A stretch of DNA of 64,000 nucleotides, from positions 26 through 64,025 of the forward strand of contig WTHQ01000016.1 in NCBI GenBank assembly GCA_011523055.1. The letters run 5' to 3'. The notes beneath the pieces are model-generated. The model was given only the letters and a program-made list of their open reading frames with translations. It made no database searches and was not told the DNA's origin. The translations under genes and the position numbers were made by a program. This DNA comes from Methanobacteriota archaeon (GTDB taxonomy: Archaea > Thermoplasmatota > Poseidoniia > Poseidoniales > Thalassarchaeaceae). The stretch's first letter is position 1. Each line of letters opens with the position of its first letter. Positions 55,655 to 64,000 of this stretch are shown here, in pieces.

Positions 55655-57358
55655 ATGGCAGTCGACCCCACAAAGCTCGATCTCCCAAAATCATCGGGTG
55701 TCTACATTTTCAAGGCGGTGGATGAAGAGGTACTGTACGTCGGGAAGGCAACGAATATCAAACAACGTGTGAGGTCCTATTTTTCACCTAATCCGGACAG
55801 AGCGATGATTCCGACTCTAGTATCAAAATCTAGCGACGTCGATTTCATTGTCACAAGCGGTCCAAGAGAGGCTTTGGTGCTTGAGAAACAGCTAATCCAA
55901 AAGCACAAACCGAGATACAACTCTGCATTCAAGGACGACAAGTCCTACCCTTTCATCGCGATAACTGATCACAAGTTGCCTCGAATCCTCTACACTAGAA
56001 GGCCCCCTAAAGGCTCAAAGGTCTGGGGGCCCTTCCCTGACGCAGGTGCTGCCAAGGGCGTGATTAAATTACTGAGAAGGCAGTTTGGAATAAGGGACAA
56101 CAAAGGAAATCTGCCATTCGGATATGAGGAGTCGAATCGAACGGATGACTATCCAGACAGAATCAGATTAGCAATCAGTGTACTTGATGGGAATGCCCGG
56201 CTGGTCATCGAGGATTTGCAGAGACGCATGGACACAGCGTCAGAGAACCTACAATTTGAGTTGGCCGCCAGTTTCAGAGACAAAATTGGTATCGTGCAGA
56301 GGACCATATCAAACCAAGTGATAAAGAGCAGATTCTACACAGACGTACATGCAGTAGGGTTTGCCTCCAGACAGGATTTCGGTCAAGCGACGATAATCCA
56401 AGCCGAAGAGGGCGTCATTCAAGGGCAAGTGAATTACCCCATGATACACAGAGGCAGAATCTCTGACTCGGTTTCCCTGTTGCTCGTAGAACACTACTCC
56501 AACCAAAAACCGCCCCGTATTTTGTTGGTTCCGACAGAGTTGGACGAAGGTCTTGGACAATGGCTAACCAATCAACGAGGGACCAGAGTAGAAGTTCGAG
56601 TGCCGCAAAGAGGGAGGTTGTCCAAGCTTCGGGATCTGGCAGACAGGAATGCAGAGATTCAGTTGGAGAGGTCACTGAGCCGCTCCTCTGGTAACATTGA
56701 ATATCGTGCCGCATCTGACGCAGCAAAACTACTTGGTTTGGAAAAGCTAGAACATGTAGTGTGTTTTGACATGGCTCAACTGCTTGGCGGTGATCGGGTT
56801 GGCGCCTCAGTGGTGTTTAGAGAGGGTCGTCCGAATAAATCCGAATATCGGACTTATCGGGTCAAGAATGACTCAATGGATGATCTGGGAATGATGAGCG
56901 AAGTTGTGGAGAGGTGGGTCAAGAAACTCGAAGAATACCCAGACCTCCTCATCCTCGATGGTGGGAAGACCCATCTCTCAACCATATCCAAAATGCTTGG
57001 AGATACGGGCCATGGGGGCAAATTTCCCATCATAGCTTTGGCAAAGAGAGAGGAGAAAGTATTCATGTCCGACGGCAGGCAATTATTGATGGACAGACGT
57101 GGTAGAATGATAATCCACGCTCGTGACGAGGCACATAGGTTTGTCAACACCTTTCACAGGAAACGAAGATCAAAGGGGGCGCTGAAGAATCCATTGGAGC
57201 ATGTGGATGGTCTTGGCGCAAAGAAGATCCAAACACTCCTGAGATATTTTGGCGGCATGCAGCAGATCAGACATGCAAGTCAGGGGGAGTTGACGGCCAT
57301 ACCCGGAATAGGGCCTGAGCTTGCAAAGAGGATCGTTGACTCATTCAGCTGGGATTGA
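55655..57358 (+). CDS. uvrC: Excinuclease ABC subunit C (UvrC)
   Basis: The GIY-YIG motif is GVYIFKAVDEEVLYVGKATNIKQRVRSYF and the UVR-like helix is LQFELAASFRDKI. An RNase H-like endonuclease region and the C-terminal HhH LTAIPGIGPELAKRIV are present. Confidence 0.85.
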   Translation: MAVDPTKLDLPKSSGVYIFKAVDEEVLYVGKATNIKQRVRSYFSPNPDRAMIPTLVSKSSDVDFIVTSGPREALVLEKQLIQKHKPRYNSAFKDDKSYPFIAITDHKLPRILYTRRPPKGSKVWGPFPDAGAAKGVIKLLRRQFGIRDNKGNLPFGYEESNRTDDYPDRIRLAISVLDGNARLVIEDLQRRMDTASENLQFELAASFRDKIGIVQRTISNQVIKSRFYTDVHAVGFASRQDFGQATIIQAEEGVIQGQVNYPMIHRGRISDSVSLLLVEHYSNQKPPRILLVPTELDEGLGQWLTNQRGTRVEVRVPQRGRLSKLRDLADRNAEIQLERSLSRSSGNIEYRAASDAAKLLGLEKLEHVVCFDMAQLLGGDRVGASVVFREGRPNKSEYRTYRVKNDSMDDLGMMSEVVERWVKKLEEYPDLLILDGGKTHLSTISKMLGDTGHGGKFPIIALAKREEKVFMSDGRQLLMDRRGRMIIHARDEAHRFVNTFHRKRRSKGALKNPLEHVDGLGAKKIQTLLRYFGGMQQIRHASQGELTAIPGIGPELAKRIVDSFSWD

Positions 57359-57360
57359 TC

Positions 57361-60279
57361 TCAATCTAATGATTGTACCCATTCCATTGTTGCATCCTCT
57401 AGTTCTCTCGCCGTATTCCTGCGATTGATGATCTTCCTCCTCCACCTTCTCCAGAAGAGGAATGAAATCACGGAAATGATCAGAATGATGTACGGGGTCA
57501 TTTCCATTATTATGAACTGCCAGCCAACCTCCAGTGAGAGCGTGACCGTATCGGATTCCAATTCACATTGATCCTGCACATTGAGATTAATGCACTCATA
57601 TAGGGGAGTTAGGTAGAACAACGTATCTCGACCACCGTACTCAATCACACTGGCTCTCGAGAGGTCGCTTTCGAATTCAAGGACCTCAAATCCGGGGGGC
57701 AACCGGATCTCCTCTACCAAAACAGGTCGTAGGTCGCCAAAATCGGTGCTCTCGTCAATTGGAGTAATCCCGAGTCTTGTTGAGAATGGGCCAACGCCAG
57801 TCTTTCCGACGCTTGGACTCACGCTAGCAACCATGGAGTGAAACACTCCTTGGAAGATGTTCCTCTCACTCAGTCTGAAGGAAAGGGAGTCATCCGACAG
57901 GGTGACTCTCAATTGGGCATTTTCAATGGAAACCCCAACTTTGAATGGATCCAAGTCGGATAAGTACGGAGATTGGGCCGGTTCTGCATTCTCGATTTCA
58001 ATGTCGATAGGCATTCTTGAGAGGTCAAAAGATGGCTCATATTCCCCGAATTGTAATATCTCGACGTACTCGTGTTGCATGTTACTGTATTCCGTGATTT
58101 GAAGCCTTACTCGATCGGCGATCTCGTCCGCGAGCTTTGTCATACCATCGTTGGAAATGTCCAACTCTATTGGGTGGTTGTCATCAGGGAATGGCGAGTC
58201 GATCCTACCAAGATCTGTTCCATTCAACAAACCTCCCTCAATTCTATCTCCAACACTGATCAGGTGCCTTATCAGATCAGAAGGAATTGGAGAGGTCTCC
58301 AACCCCTCGATCCCAAGGTCGACGTCTATTCTGTGGATGTCCAGAGTGAAATCAATGTCTATGTCGAATATGACAGACGATGACAGTTCTTTGAGAGATA
58401 TCTTCTGGATATCCACGAAAAGGGTCGAGGATATGCAGGTCGATTGATGGGACTTGCAGAGTATGTCCCAGCTCTCATCAGTGCAATCAATTGACTCCAG
58501 GCAGATTGGATGTTCCCAGTCGAATGGTCTTGTCCCAGCAAGGCTGATCTTTTGATCGCTATTCTGATCATTCACATTTATCGTCAAAAGACCTGGCTCC
58601 CCAGTCCCAGAGGCTATCCAATTCGGTAGCTCGACCTTCATAGCCAATTCCGAGTCTGGAATCGTGGAGGAGAGTCCCTCGTTGACCCACGATAAATCAT
58701 GGGTCAGATTCAATGTCCCCACGGATGCAATTCTTGAGAGATCCTCATTAGACAATGAACTGAAGTCGAGTTCACCGACATCCAAATCACTGTTCTCAAT
58801 GAGTCGCCCGAGAAGTCCCGCGAGGTCTAAGGAAATAGGATTACTCACTGCTGAAATATAGATTGGAAAGGTTCTATTCATAGCGTATGGACCTGAAATG
58901 CAATATCGATTTACGTCCTCTTCTTCACAACCTGAGGTTGGGCCGTGCAGGAATTGTATCCCCCCGTTATCTGTGGTTTGGGAAAAGAATGGGCTTCCAA
59001 GCTCAATTTCGTTACCCAGCATCTCGCTCAATGACTCCGATATGCTCTCCATAGGCAATCCATCGAGCAACCTCTCCAGTCCGATGTCAGTCTCCTCATC
59101 CAACAGCCTAAAGCCATCCGAAGTTATCCACGGCATTTTGACCCCCTTCTGACTAAAATCCACTGACCATTCATCCAAGGTTGACTTGTCTATATGGTGC
59201 AATGATATCTCTAGCCCGAACACCACATTGTTCGTGTCCTTGGAGTCTATAGTCAGTTCTGCCTTGATCCCCGGTGCCTCAATGGATCTCAGGTCAACGG
59301 TCTTGGTTTCACCCTCGAGATGTGTTATACTCGTATCCAAACTTAAGGACAAAGGCGGGGATGACTCATCGTCGTTGGTTCTGTCCATTCCGACAACTGC
59401 AAACCGCTGCAAGAGTCCCTCAGGGGATGTTCTGGATGCTAGGGTCGTTCCATTTCGAGAGATGAAACACTCCGAGTACCCAGGGGGGATCAAGGCCATC
59501 TCCATTGATTGGCCTGCCTCCACCACCAAATCGAACACCAAGTCGACCTCCGCGCCCATCACAAGCAGCCCAATTAACGCCCTCTCCAGATCCCCTCGCG
59601 AGTCATCCATTCCGATCGATGAGGCGTTGACGGTGACCGACAGGGCTGATCTGATGCAGATCGGTGGGAAGAACGGATTGTTATCCAACTCAAGAGCCTC
59701 GTCTGCTGAGTCCCTTGATGAGTCTGCCGTACAGGAGATGTCGTCCTCGAGTGTCCTTGGAACCACGCTAACCGTATTGGTCACAGGCAGCCCAATTGAC
59801 TCGAAATTATCACCTAGAACATTCATGACCATCTCGTCGGCTTGTGTGAACATCCTTTCGCTCACTGTTTCCCCGTTCCCGGTCTGCTCGTTGAAGAAGT
59901 TCCTGATATGGTCAGAGGGTATTCCATCCTGAGTTGTCGAGTCTCCCCCTAGGTCGATCTGTTGCAAGCCCAACTGGTCCCTTGGAAGCTCATGCAAGGC
60001 TATGAAGACCTCTATCCTAATCTCCTCAGCACTCTTCATCTCTAGCATCACAGATATCTTCGACCAATGATCACCGGTGGTTTGATCCAGCGAGGAGTCG
60101 TAGTCGTCGCAGATTCCCCCTGGCGTTGAGTTGGTGTCACAAAGGGCGTTCTCAACTTCGGAGGCACCTGGTGGCGGGTCCGCGCTTACTGCCGAGATGC
60201 TCATCATGAGAACAATGGCGACCGGTAGCAATTTCCCTGTCACGACCCCATCAGGTTGGGTGACCGTCTTTATGCTCAC
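57361..60279 (-). CDS. Large (972 aa) acidic surface protein with an N-terminal signal peptide and a C-terminal TM anchor; no recognisable domain
   Basis: The signal-like N-terminus is KLLPVAIVLMMSISAVSA followed by DPPPG. The C-terminal TM is MTPYIILIISVISFLFW followed by RRWRRK. It has a GTG start; an alternative GTG at 60243 gives MTGKLLPVAIV... Confidence 0.62.
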   Translation of the reverse strand: MSIKTVTQPDGVVTGKLLPVAIVLMMSISAVSADPPPGASEVENALCDTNSTPGGICDDYDSSLDQTTGDHWSKISVMLEMKSAEEIRIEVFIALHELPRDQLGLQQIDLGGDSTTQDGIPSDHIRNFFNEQTGNGETVSERMFTQADEMVMNVLGDNFESIGLPVTNTVSVVPRTLEDDISCTADSSRDSADEALELDNNPFFPPICIRSALSVTVNASSIGMDDSRGDLERALIGLLVMGAEVDLVFDLVVEAGQSMEMALIPPGYSECFISRNGTTLASRTSPEGLLQRFAVVGMDRTNDDESSPPLSLSLDTSITHLEGETKTVDLRSIEAPGIKAELTIDSKDTNNVVFGLEISLHHIDKSTLDEWSVDFSQKGVKMPWITSDGFRLLDEETDIGLERLLDGLPMESISESLSEMLGNEIELGSPFFSQTTDNGGIQFLHGPTSGCEEEDVNRYCISGPYAMNRTFPIYISAVSNPISLDLAGLLGRLIENSDLDVGELDFSSLSNEDLSRIASVGTLNLTHDLSWVNEGLSSTIPDSELAMKVELPNWIASGTGEPGLLTINVNDQNSDQKISLAGTRPFDWEHPICLESIDCTDESWDILCKSHQSTCISSTLFVDIQKISLKELSSSVIFDIDIDFTLDIHRIDVDLGIEGLETSPIPSDLIRHLISVGDRIEGGLLNGTDLGRIDSPFPDDNHPIELDISNDGMTKLADEIADRVRLQITEYSNMQHEYVEILQFGEYEPSFDLSRMPIDIEIENAEPAQSPYLSDLDPFKVGVSIENAQLRVTLSDDSLSFRLSERNIFQGVFHSMVASVSPSVGKTGVGPFSTRLGITPIDESTDFGDLRPVLVEEIRLPPGFEVLEFESDLSRASVIEYGGRDTLFYLTPLYECINLNVQDQCELESDTVTLSLEVGWQFIIMEMTPYIILIISVISFLFWRRWRRKIINRRNTARELEDATMEWVQSLD

Positions 60280-60296
60280 CCCTTCACGTTTGAGCC

Positions 60297-61214
60297 ATGA
60301 GCAGGGTTATTCCCGCGGAAGGCCTTCGTCAAAGATTGCGGTCTTTGACATCGGATATTCAGTCGTTGCGATCCAGGATTATTCCAGATGACATTCCCAA
60401 AAAATGGGAGAAATTCGATGATGTGGCAATCATCCCCGGCAAGTCATTCAGGGACAGTTACTGGGAGGAAGTTCCCAGCGACATCCTATGGCAGGAGGTT
60501 GCGATGGCGATTGGCGTAGAGCGATTGTACCGAAAGGGAGAGGTGGGCGGACCCAAGAGGAAGCCATCGATCGAGCCACTGATCGGTTCCTCAAGGGGAT
60601 CATGGGTCGTTCGGAAGGAAAATGGCCTTCGGTATGGATATGACATAATGAATTGCATGTGGAGCGCAGGCAATGTGAACGAGAGGAAGAGGATGAGTGA
60701 AGTCTCAAGTCCAGGAGAGGTCGTTTTGGACCTGTTCGCGGGTATAGGGTACTACACACTGCCGATCCTGAAGTCATATCCTGACACGAGTGTCATCGCT
60801 TGTGAATGGAACAATGCCTCGATCGAAGCTCTTCGCTGGAATCTCTTGGAAAATGGACTTGAGGGTCGTTGTCGTATAGTAGAGGGTGACTGCACTGAAA
60901 CAGTCCACAATTTGTCGTTGGAAGTCAACAGGGTTGTACTGGGGCTCCTGCCGGACTCCAGTTTTGCGATACCAACTGCTGTTGGGGCGTTGAACCCAAA
61001 CGGCGGCTTGCTTCACATACATGCTTTGGCCAGACCTGGTGGATATGATTCATTCTCAAAGGAAATTGAGAGGATTATCTTCGATTGTGATAGTGGCCTC
61101 AACATTAATTGTATTGATGTTTGCAAAGTGAAGAGTTATGCCCCCAGATGGGATCATATCGTATATGATGTCAATCTGGCTCAAAGAGAGGACCAGATGG
61201 TCCCAAGGAGTTGA
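60297..61214 (+). CDS. Met-10+ family tRNA modification enzyme, TYW2/Taw2-like (wybutosine pathway); Trm5 not excluded
   Basis: The SAM-binding motif is VVLDLFAGIGYYTLP. ACEWNNASIEALRWNLLENGLEGRCRIVEGDC, VNRVVLGLLPDS and GGLLHIH resemble TYW2/Taw2 as I recall them. Confidence 0.65.
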   Translation: MSRVIPAEGLRQRLRSLTSDIQSLRSRIIPDDIPKKWEKFDDVAIIPGKSFRDSYWEEVPSDILWQEVAMAIGVERLYRKGEVGGPKRKPSIEPLIGSSRGSWVVRKENGLRYGYDIMNCMWSAGNVNERKRMSEVSSPGEVVLDLFAGIGYYTLPILKSYPDTSVIACEWNNASIEALRWNLLENGLEGRCRIVEGDCTETVHNLSLEVNRVVLGLLPDSSFAIPTAVGALNPNGGLLHIHALARPGGYDSFSKEIERIIFDCDSGLNINCIDVCKVKSYAPRWDHIVYDVNLAQREDQMVPRS

Positions 61215-61219
61215 TCTAG

Positions 61220-61903
61220 TTGTCGGAATGGCTGTCTCAGGCTTCCTTGGAGTACAACCTTCAATCTCTCAATCAAAGGGACTCCTACGCTGGAGTTATT
61301 TTCATTCCAATCAAAGTCCTATCACAGATTATTGATTGGTCCTTCCAATCTCTCCCAGATGAGATATTGGTTGGTCTGGACATTGACACATCGAAATCCC
61401 TGGACAGGGGCTTGGTATCAAAGTACACGGGATCGATGTTCGAACCAGATTTATTCGCGGGGCAGGGCATGTTCGTCAGTAAGCCGCATCTTGTCAATCG
61501 TGGTGACTCATATGAGGTGCATCACGTTCCAGAGGAGTGGGTGGATGGCATCTTCTCCGAGGACAGGGGGCCTAGGGGCAGTAGGTTTACGCATTGGCTG
61601 CACACCCACCCTAACGCTCCGGCAATTCCAAGTGGGGCGGATGCTGATGCTGCTCAGTTCACTGATGGAGTGGACATGATCCTGGGCGTATGGTTCTCCC
61701 CAGAGGGTTCTGCACCATGGTTCGAGGATGTCGATGGGGTGAGGAGGCCCCTGACAGACATACCTACGGCCTCGGAGAGGAGGGTTCTAGGCATTGCTAC
61801 CACAGGACACCTAATACACGGCGTTGAGCTAATCGCCTTCCATAAGCGGGGTCTCGGGGTGAATGTTGTCATTTGCGATAACAATGGGTTACCGATCGAG
61901 TAG
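61220..61903 (+). CDS. JAMM/MPN+ metalloprotease domain protein
   Basis: The complete JAMM motif H-T-H-PNAPAIP-S-GA-D (HxHx7Sx2D) is present, with an upstream Glu (PDEILVGL). It has a TTG start 6 nt after the upstream stop, so the start is uncertain. Confidence 0.62.
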   Translation: MSEWLSQASLEYNLQSLNQRDSYAGVIFIPIKVLSQIIDWSFQSLPDEILVGLDIDTSKSLDRGLVSKYTGSMFEPDLFAGQGMFVSKPHLVNRGDSYEVHHVPEEWVDGIFSEDRGPRGSRFTHWLHTHPNAPAIPSGADADAAQFTDGVDMILGVWFSPEGSAPWFEDVDGVRRPLTDIPTASERRVLGIATTGHLIHGVELIAFHKRGLGVNVVICDNNGLPIE

Positions 61904-62098
61904 GATCGCTTCACCTTAGTTTTCCATTTATTTCGTCTTGTGATGGTGGTCTAGCCAACCATGCCAAAAGGACGTAAAACGACAAAGAGACTACAACAGC
62001 TAACACCATGGAGCTTTCCATGAACCACCGTTGCTTGCAGATGAGATATTCGATTTGCAAATAGATGAATGGATATATATAGAAAATCGTGGATGAAA

Positions 62099-62638
62099 TC
62101 AACTCTTCATTATACTGTCTCTGTAGTACTTCAGTTCTGAAATTGATCCTCGAATGTCCTCCAAAGCCTTGTGATTAGGTGGCTTCTTGTGCCTTGGTAG
62201 GTCTGGGAACCACCTTCTTACTACCTCCTTGAATGAGGAAACATCCACGATACGATAGGATAGGAAATCATCTAGCCTTGGCATCTCCCTCCTGATGAAT
62301 CGACGATCATGATGTACAGATGACCCGGCTAGGGGTAGGTTTGGGGGGCAATGCTCAATCAGGAAATCCAGGGTTTTCTCCTCAGCCTCCTCCACGCTAA
62401 CGCCCCCATTCCGGATCCTGTCAACTAAGCCGGAATCAGTGTGTGTCCTCGTATTCCATTCGTCCATCTGGTCGATCTTTGTGGGGTCCTTTGGGACTAT
62501 TGCCAGTACTGGGCCCTCGGCGACAACAGACAGATCGGCCTCGGTAACGATTGTTGCGATTTCTATGATGCAATTCCCATCATTTGGGTCTAGTCCGGTC
62601 ATTTCGAGATCAATCCAGACAAGGCGGCTTTCTCGCAT
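62099..62638 (-). CDS. orn: Oligoribonuclease (Orn, DEDDh 3'-5' exonuclease)
   Basis: Motifs are LVWIDLEMTGLDP (ExoI), AGSSVHHDRRF (ExoII) and HKALEDIRGSISELKYYR (ExoIII, DEDDh). ATG 62638 gives 179 aa, the usual Orn size; the ORF-track ATG lies at 62692. Confidence 0.85.
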   Translation of the reverse strand: MRESRLVWIDLEMTGLDPNDGNCIIEIATIVTEADLSVVAEGPVLAIVPKDPTKIDQMDEWNTRTHTDSGLVDRIRNGGVSVEEAEEKTLDFLIEHCPPNLPLAGSSVHHDRRFIRREMPRLDDFLSYRIVDVSSFKEVVRRWFPDLPRHKKPPNHKALEDIRGSISELKYYRDSIMKS

Positions 62639-62716
62639 GGCCACCCTATGGCGAAGGAGCCACATAGCCATTGGCTCTTGGCAACCAATCATAACCTAGG
62701 TCAATGGGGTAATCTT

Positions 62717-63964
62717 GTGTCAAACGTAGGCTATCTTGAGCTGTTACGCAGTAATTCTGCATTTAGGAGGCTTTTCGCGGCCAACATGATCTCATTCATC
62801 GGTGATTGGTTCACGATCATCTCGATGTTTCTGATAGCTGGGGAGGTCAGCGGCGACTCCCCATTAGCGATCGCAGGAGTGCTCGCGGTAAGAAGTCTGA
62901 CCCATGCCCCCCTAGAGCCGTTTACAGGCATGTTGGCCGACAGGTACTCCAGGAAGGGATTGATGGTAATCGCCAATGGGGGCTCATTCGTAATTCTTGT
63001 CTCTTTCTTGTCCTTCGACCTGCTTGGCAACCTGTGGTCAGTATATGCTCTGACGTCCATGCTCGTGCTAGCAAGGGTCCTTTTTGACCCGGCCGAATAC
63101 GCCTACCTTCCCAACATCTGTGACGATGATGAGCTTTTGACTGCAAACGCGATGGGGAGTGCTGGATGGTCGGCCTCATTGGGTATTGGAGCTGGATTGG
63201 GTGGCTTGACGATCTCGGAACTTGGCGTCTATGAGGCTCTTTGGATCGACACGCTAACCTTCTTGGTATCAGCGATTATTTTCTCCAGTCTACCCGCAGG
63301 TGGGCCTGAGAAGGATGGGGATCGCGATGGCGGATTGTCAGACGTGTTGAGCGATATCAAGGAGGGTTGGAGGCACATAAATGACAATCCACCCGTGAAG
63401 AGGGTGGTTTTCGCGAAAGCGATGTGGGCTGCTGGTGGAGGGGCACAAGTCTTCCTTCTGATTCTAATTGGCATGGAGGCTGGATTCGGGTCAGTTGCCG
63501 CGGGATCAATTGGTATCCTCTACATGGCCCGAGGTTTCGGATCAGGGGCCGGGCCAGTACTTGGTAGGGGCTTGATGAAATCGGATAATCTGAGGCCCTC
63601 TCTATTGGGTTTGACTATTCTCTTCGCAGGAGTGTTTTACCTCGCAATATCCTTTGTCGATTGGACTTGGTTCATCCTACTGCTAGTTTTTCTCTCCCAT
63701 GGGAGCAGTGGAATAAACTGGGTCCTTAGCACGACGCTTCTTCAGGAGCGAACAGAAGACGAATGGCGAGGTCGTGTAGCTGGGACTGATTATCTCCTGT
63801 TGACGGCCATGATGGGGTTCTCTGCTTTAGGTGCAGGCATGGTGCTGGAAGGCGGTTTCATGAGCTTGAGAGAGACCATTGCCTTAACAGCAATCATTCA
63901 GATCGCGATGGGGCTAGTGTGGCTGGTGTTCGCGACTCCTCGGGAAAGGGAGTTGCTCAGCTAA
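62717..63964 (+). CDS. MFS transporter (EntS/MFS_3-like)
   Basis: The N-terminus is LLRSNSAFRRLFAANMISFIGDWF and there are about 12 hydrophobic segments. GTG 62717 is preferred because the ORF-track start at 62648 overlaps the alternative upstream orn start (ORF-track ATG 62692). Confidence 0.75.
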   Translation: MSNVGYLELLRSNSAFRRLFAANMISFIGDWFTIISMFLIAGEVSGDSPLAIAGVLAVRSLTHAPLEPFTGMLADRYSRKGLMVIANGGSFVILVSFLSFDLLGNLWSVYALTSMLVLARVLFDPAEYAYLPNICDDDELLTANAMGSAGWSASLGIGAGLGGLTISELGVYEALWIDTLTFLVSAIIFSSLPAGGPEKDGDRDGGLSDVLSDIKEGWRHINDNPPVKRVVFAKAMWAAGGGAQVFLLILIGMEAGFGSVAAGSIGILYMARGFGSGAGPVLGRGLMKSDNLRPSLLGLTILFAGVFYLAISFVDWTWFILLLVFLSHGSSGINWVLSTTLLQERTEDEWRGRVAGTDYLLLTAMMGFSALGAGMVLEGGFMSLRETIALTAIIQIAMGLVWLVFATPRERELLS

Positions 63965-64000
63965 CCGACCCAAGGCTAACTATGTTTATTCCTCCGCCCA

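Noticed and set aside
59186-59932. A 248-aa plus-strand ORF inside the 972-aa surface-protein gene.
   Set aside because: It is antisense to the much longer ORF, which has both a signal peptide and a C-terminal anchor. Its translation is Ser-rich and low-complexity.
61911-62102. A 63-aa minus-strand ORF (TTG start overlapping the orn stop), or a nested 36-aa ATG-initiated hydrophobic peptide (MESSMVLAVVVSLSFYVLLAWLARPP...) with a TATA-like CTATATATAT upstream.
   Set aside because: It is too short and has no motif. It could be a real small membrane protein, but I cannot support it from sequence alone.

Overview
This is a dense, roughly 90% coding, chromosomal-looking segment of an archaeal genome. 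Archaeal markers are RadA, a Hel308/Ski2-type helicase, RNA polymerase subunit Rpo6/RpoK, NMD3, exosome cap subunit Csl4, an archaeal bifunctional PGI/PMI, a TYW2/Taw2-type wybutosine enzyme, and an initiator tRNA-Met with A1:U72. Other content includes heme O and heme A synthases, Ccm heme-export genes, many peptidases (S8, M3, M29, M23, an M14-like AstE/AspA protein, rhomboid, JAMM), four very large acidic surface or secreted proteins, and many bacterial-type genes (RmuC, UvrC, Orn, tryptophan 2,3-dioxygenase, M23). This fits an aerobic, protein-degrading marine Thermoplasmatota-like (MG-II/Poseidoniales-like) organism, but that assignment is inference from gene content only. I found one tRNA and no rRNA, CRISPR array, transposase, integrase or prophage signal. 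Many neighbouring genes overlap stop to start (TGATG, ATGA, TTGA), which indicates operons. I see no single unambiguous new system. The best candidates are: (1) a tightly coupled RNA-centred operon: a METTL5-like methylase, a Csl4 fused to a CxxC-x17-CxxC zinc ribbon and an RRM domain, and an orphan radical-SAM/HhH enzyme with a Cx6Cx2C cluster motif; (2) a 1263-aa protein with about 36 hydrophobic segments and no recognisable domain; (3) an NB-ARC-type STAND NTPase with an N-terminal wHTH, next to two stand-alone RAM-domain proteins; (4) a partial Ccm heme-export module with a fused ABC ATPase-permease and a 48-codon CcmD-like ORF absent from the ORF track; (5) a beta-propeller lipoprotein divergently paired with a membrane-tethered double-wHTH protein. 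All functional calls rest on motif recognition by eye; no searches were run.
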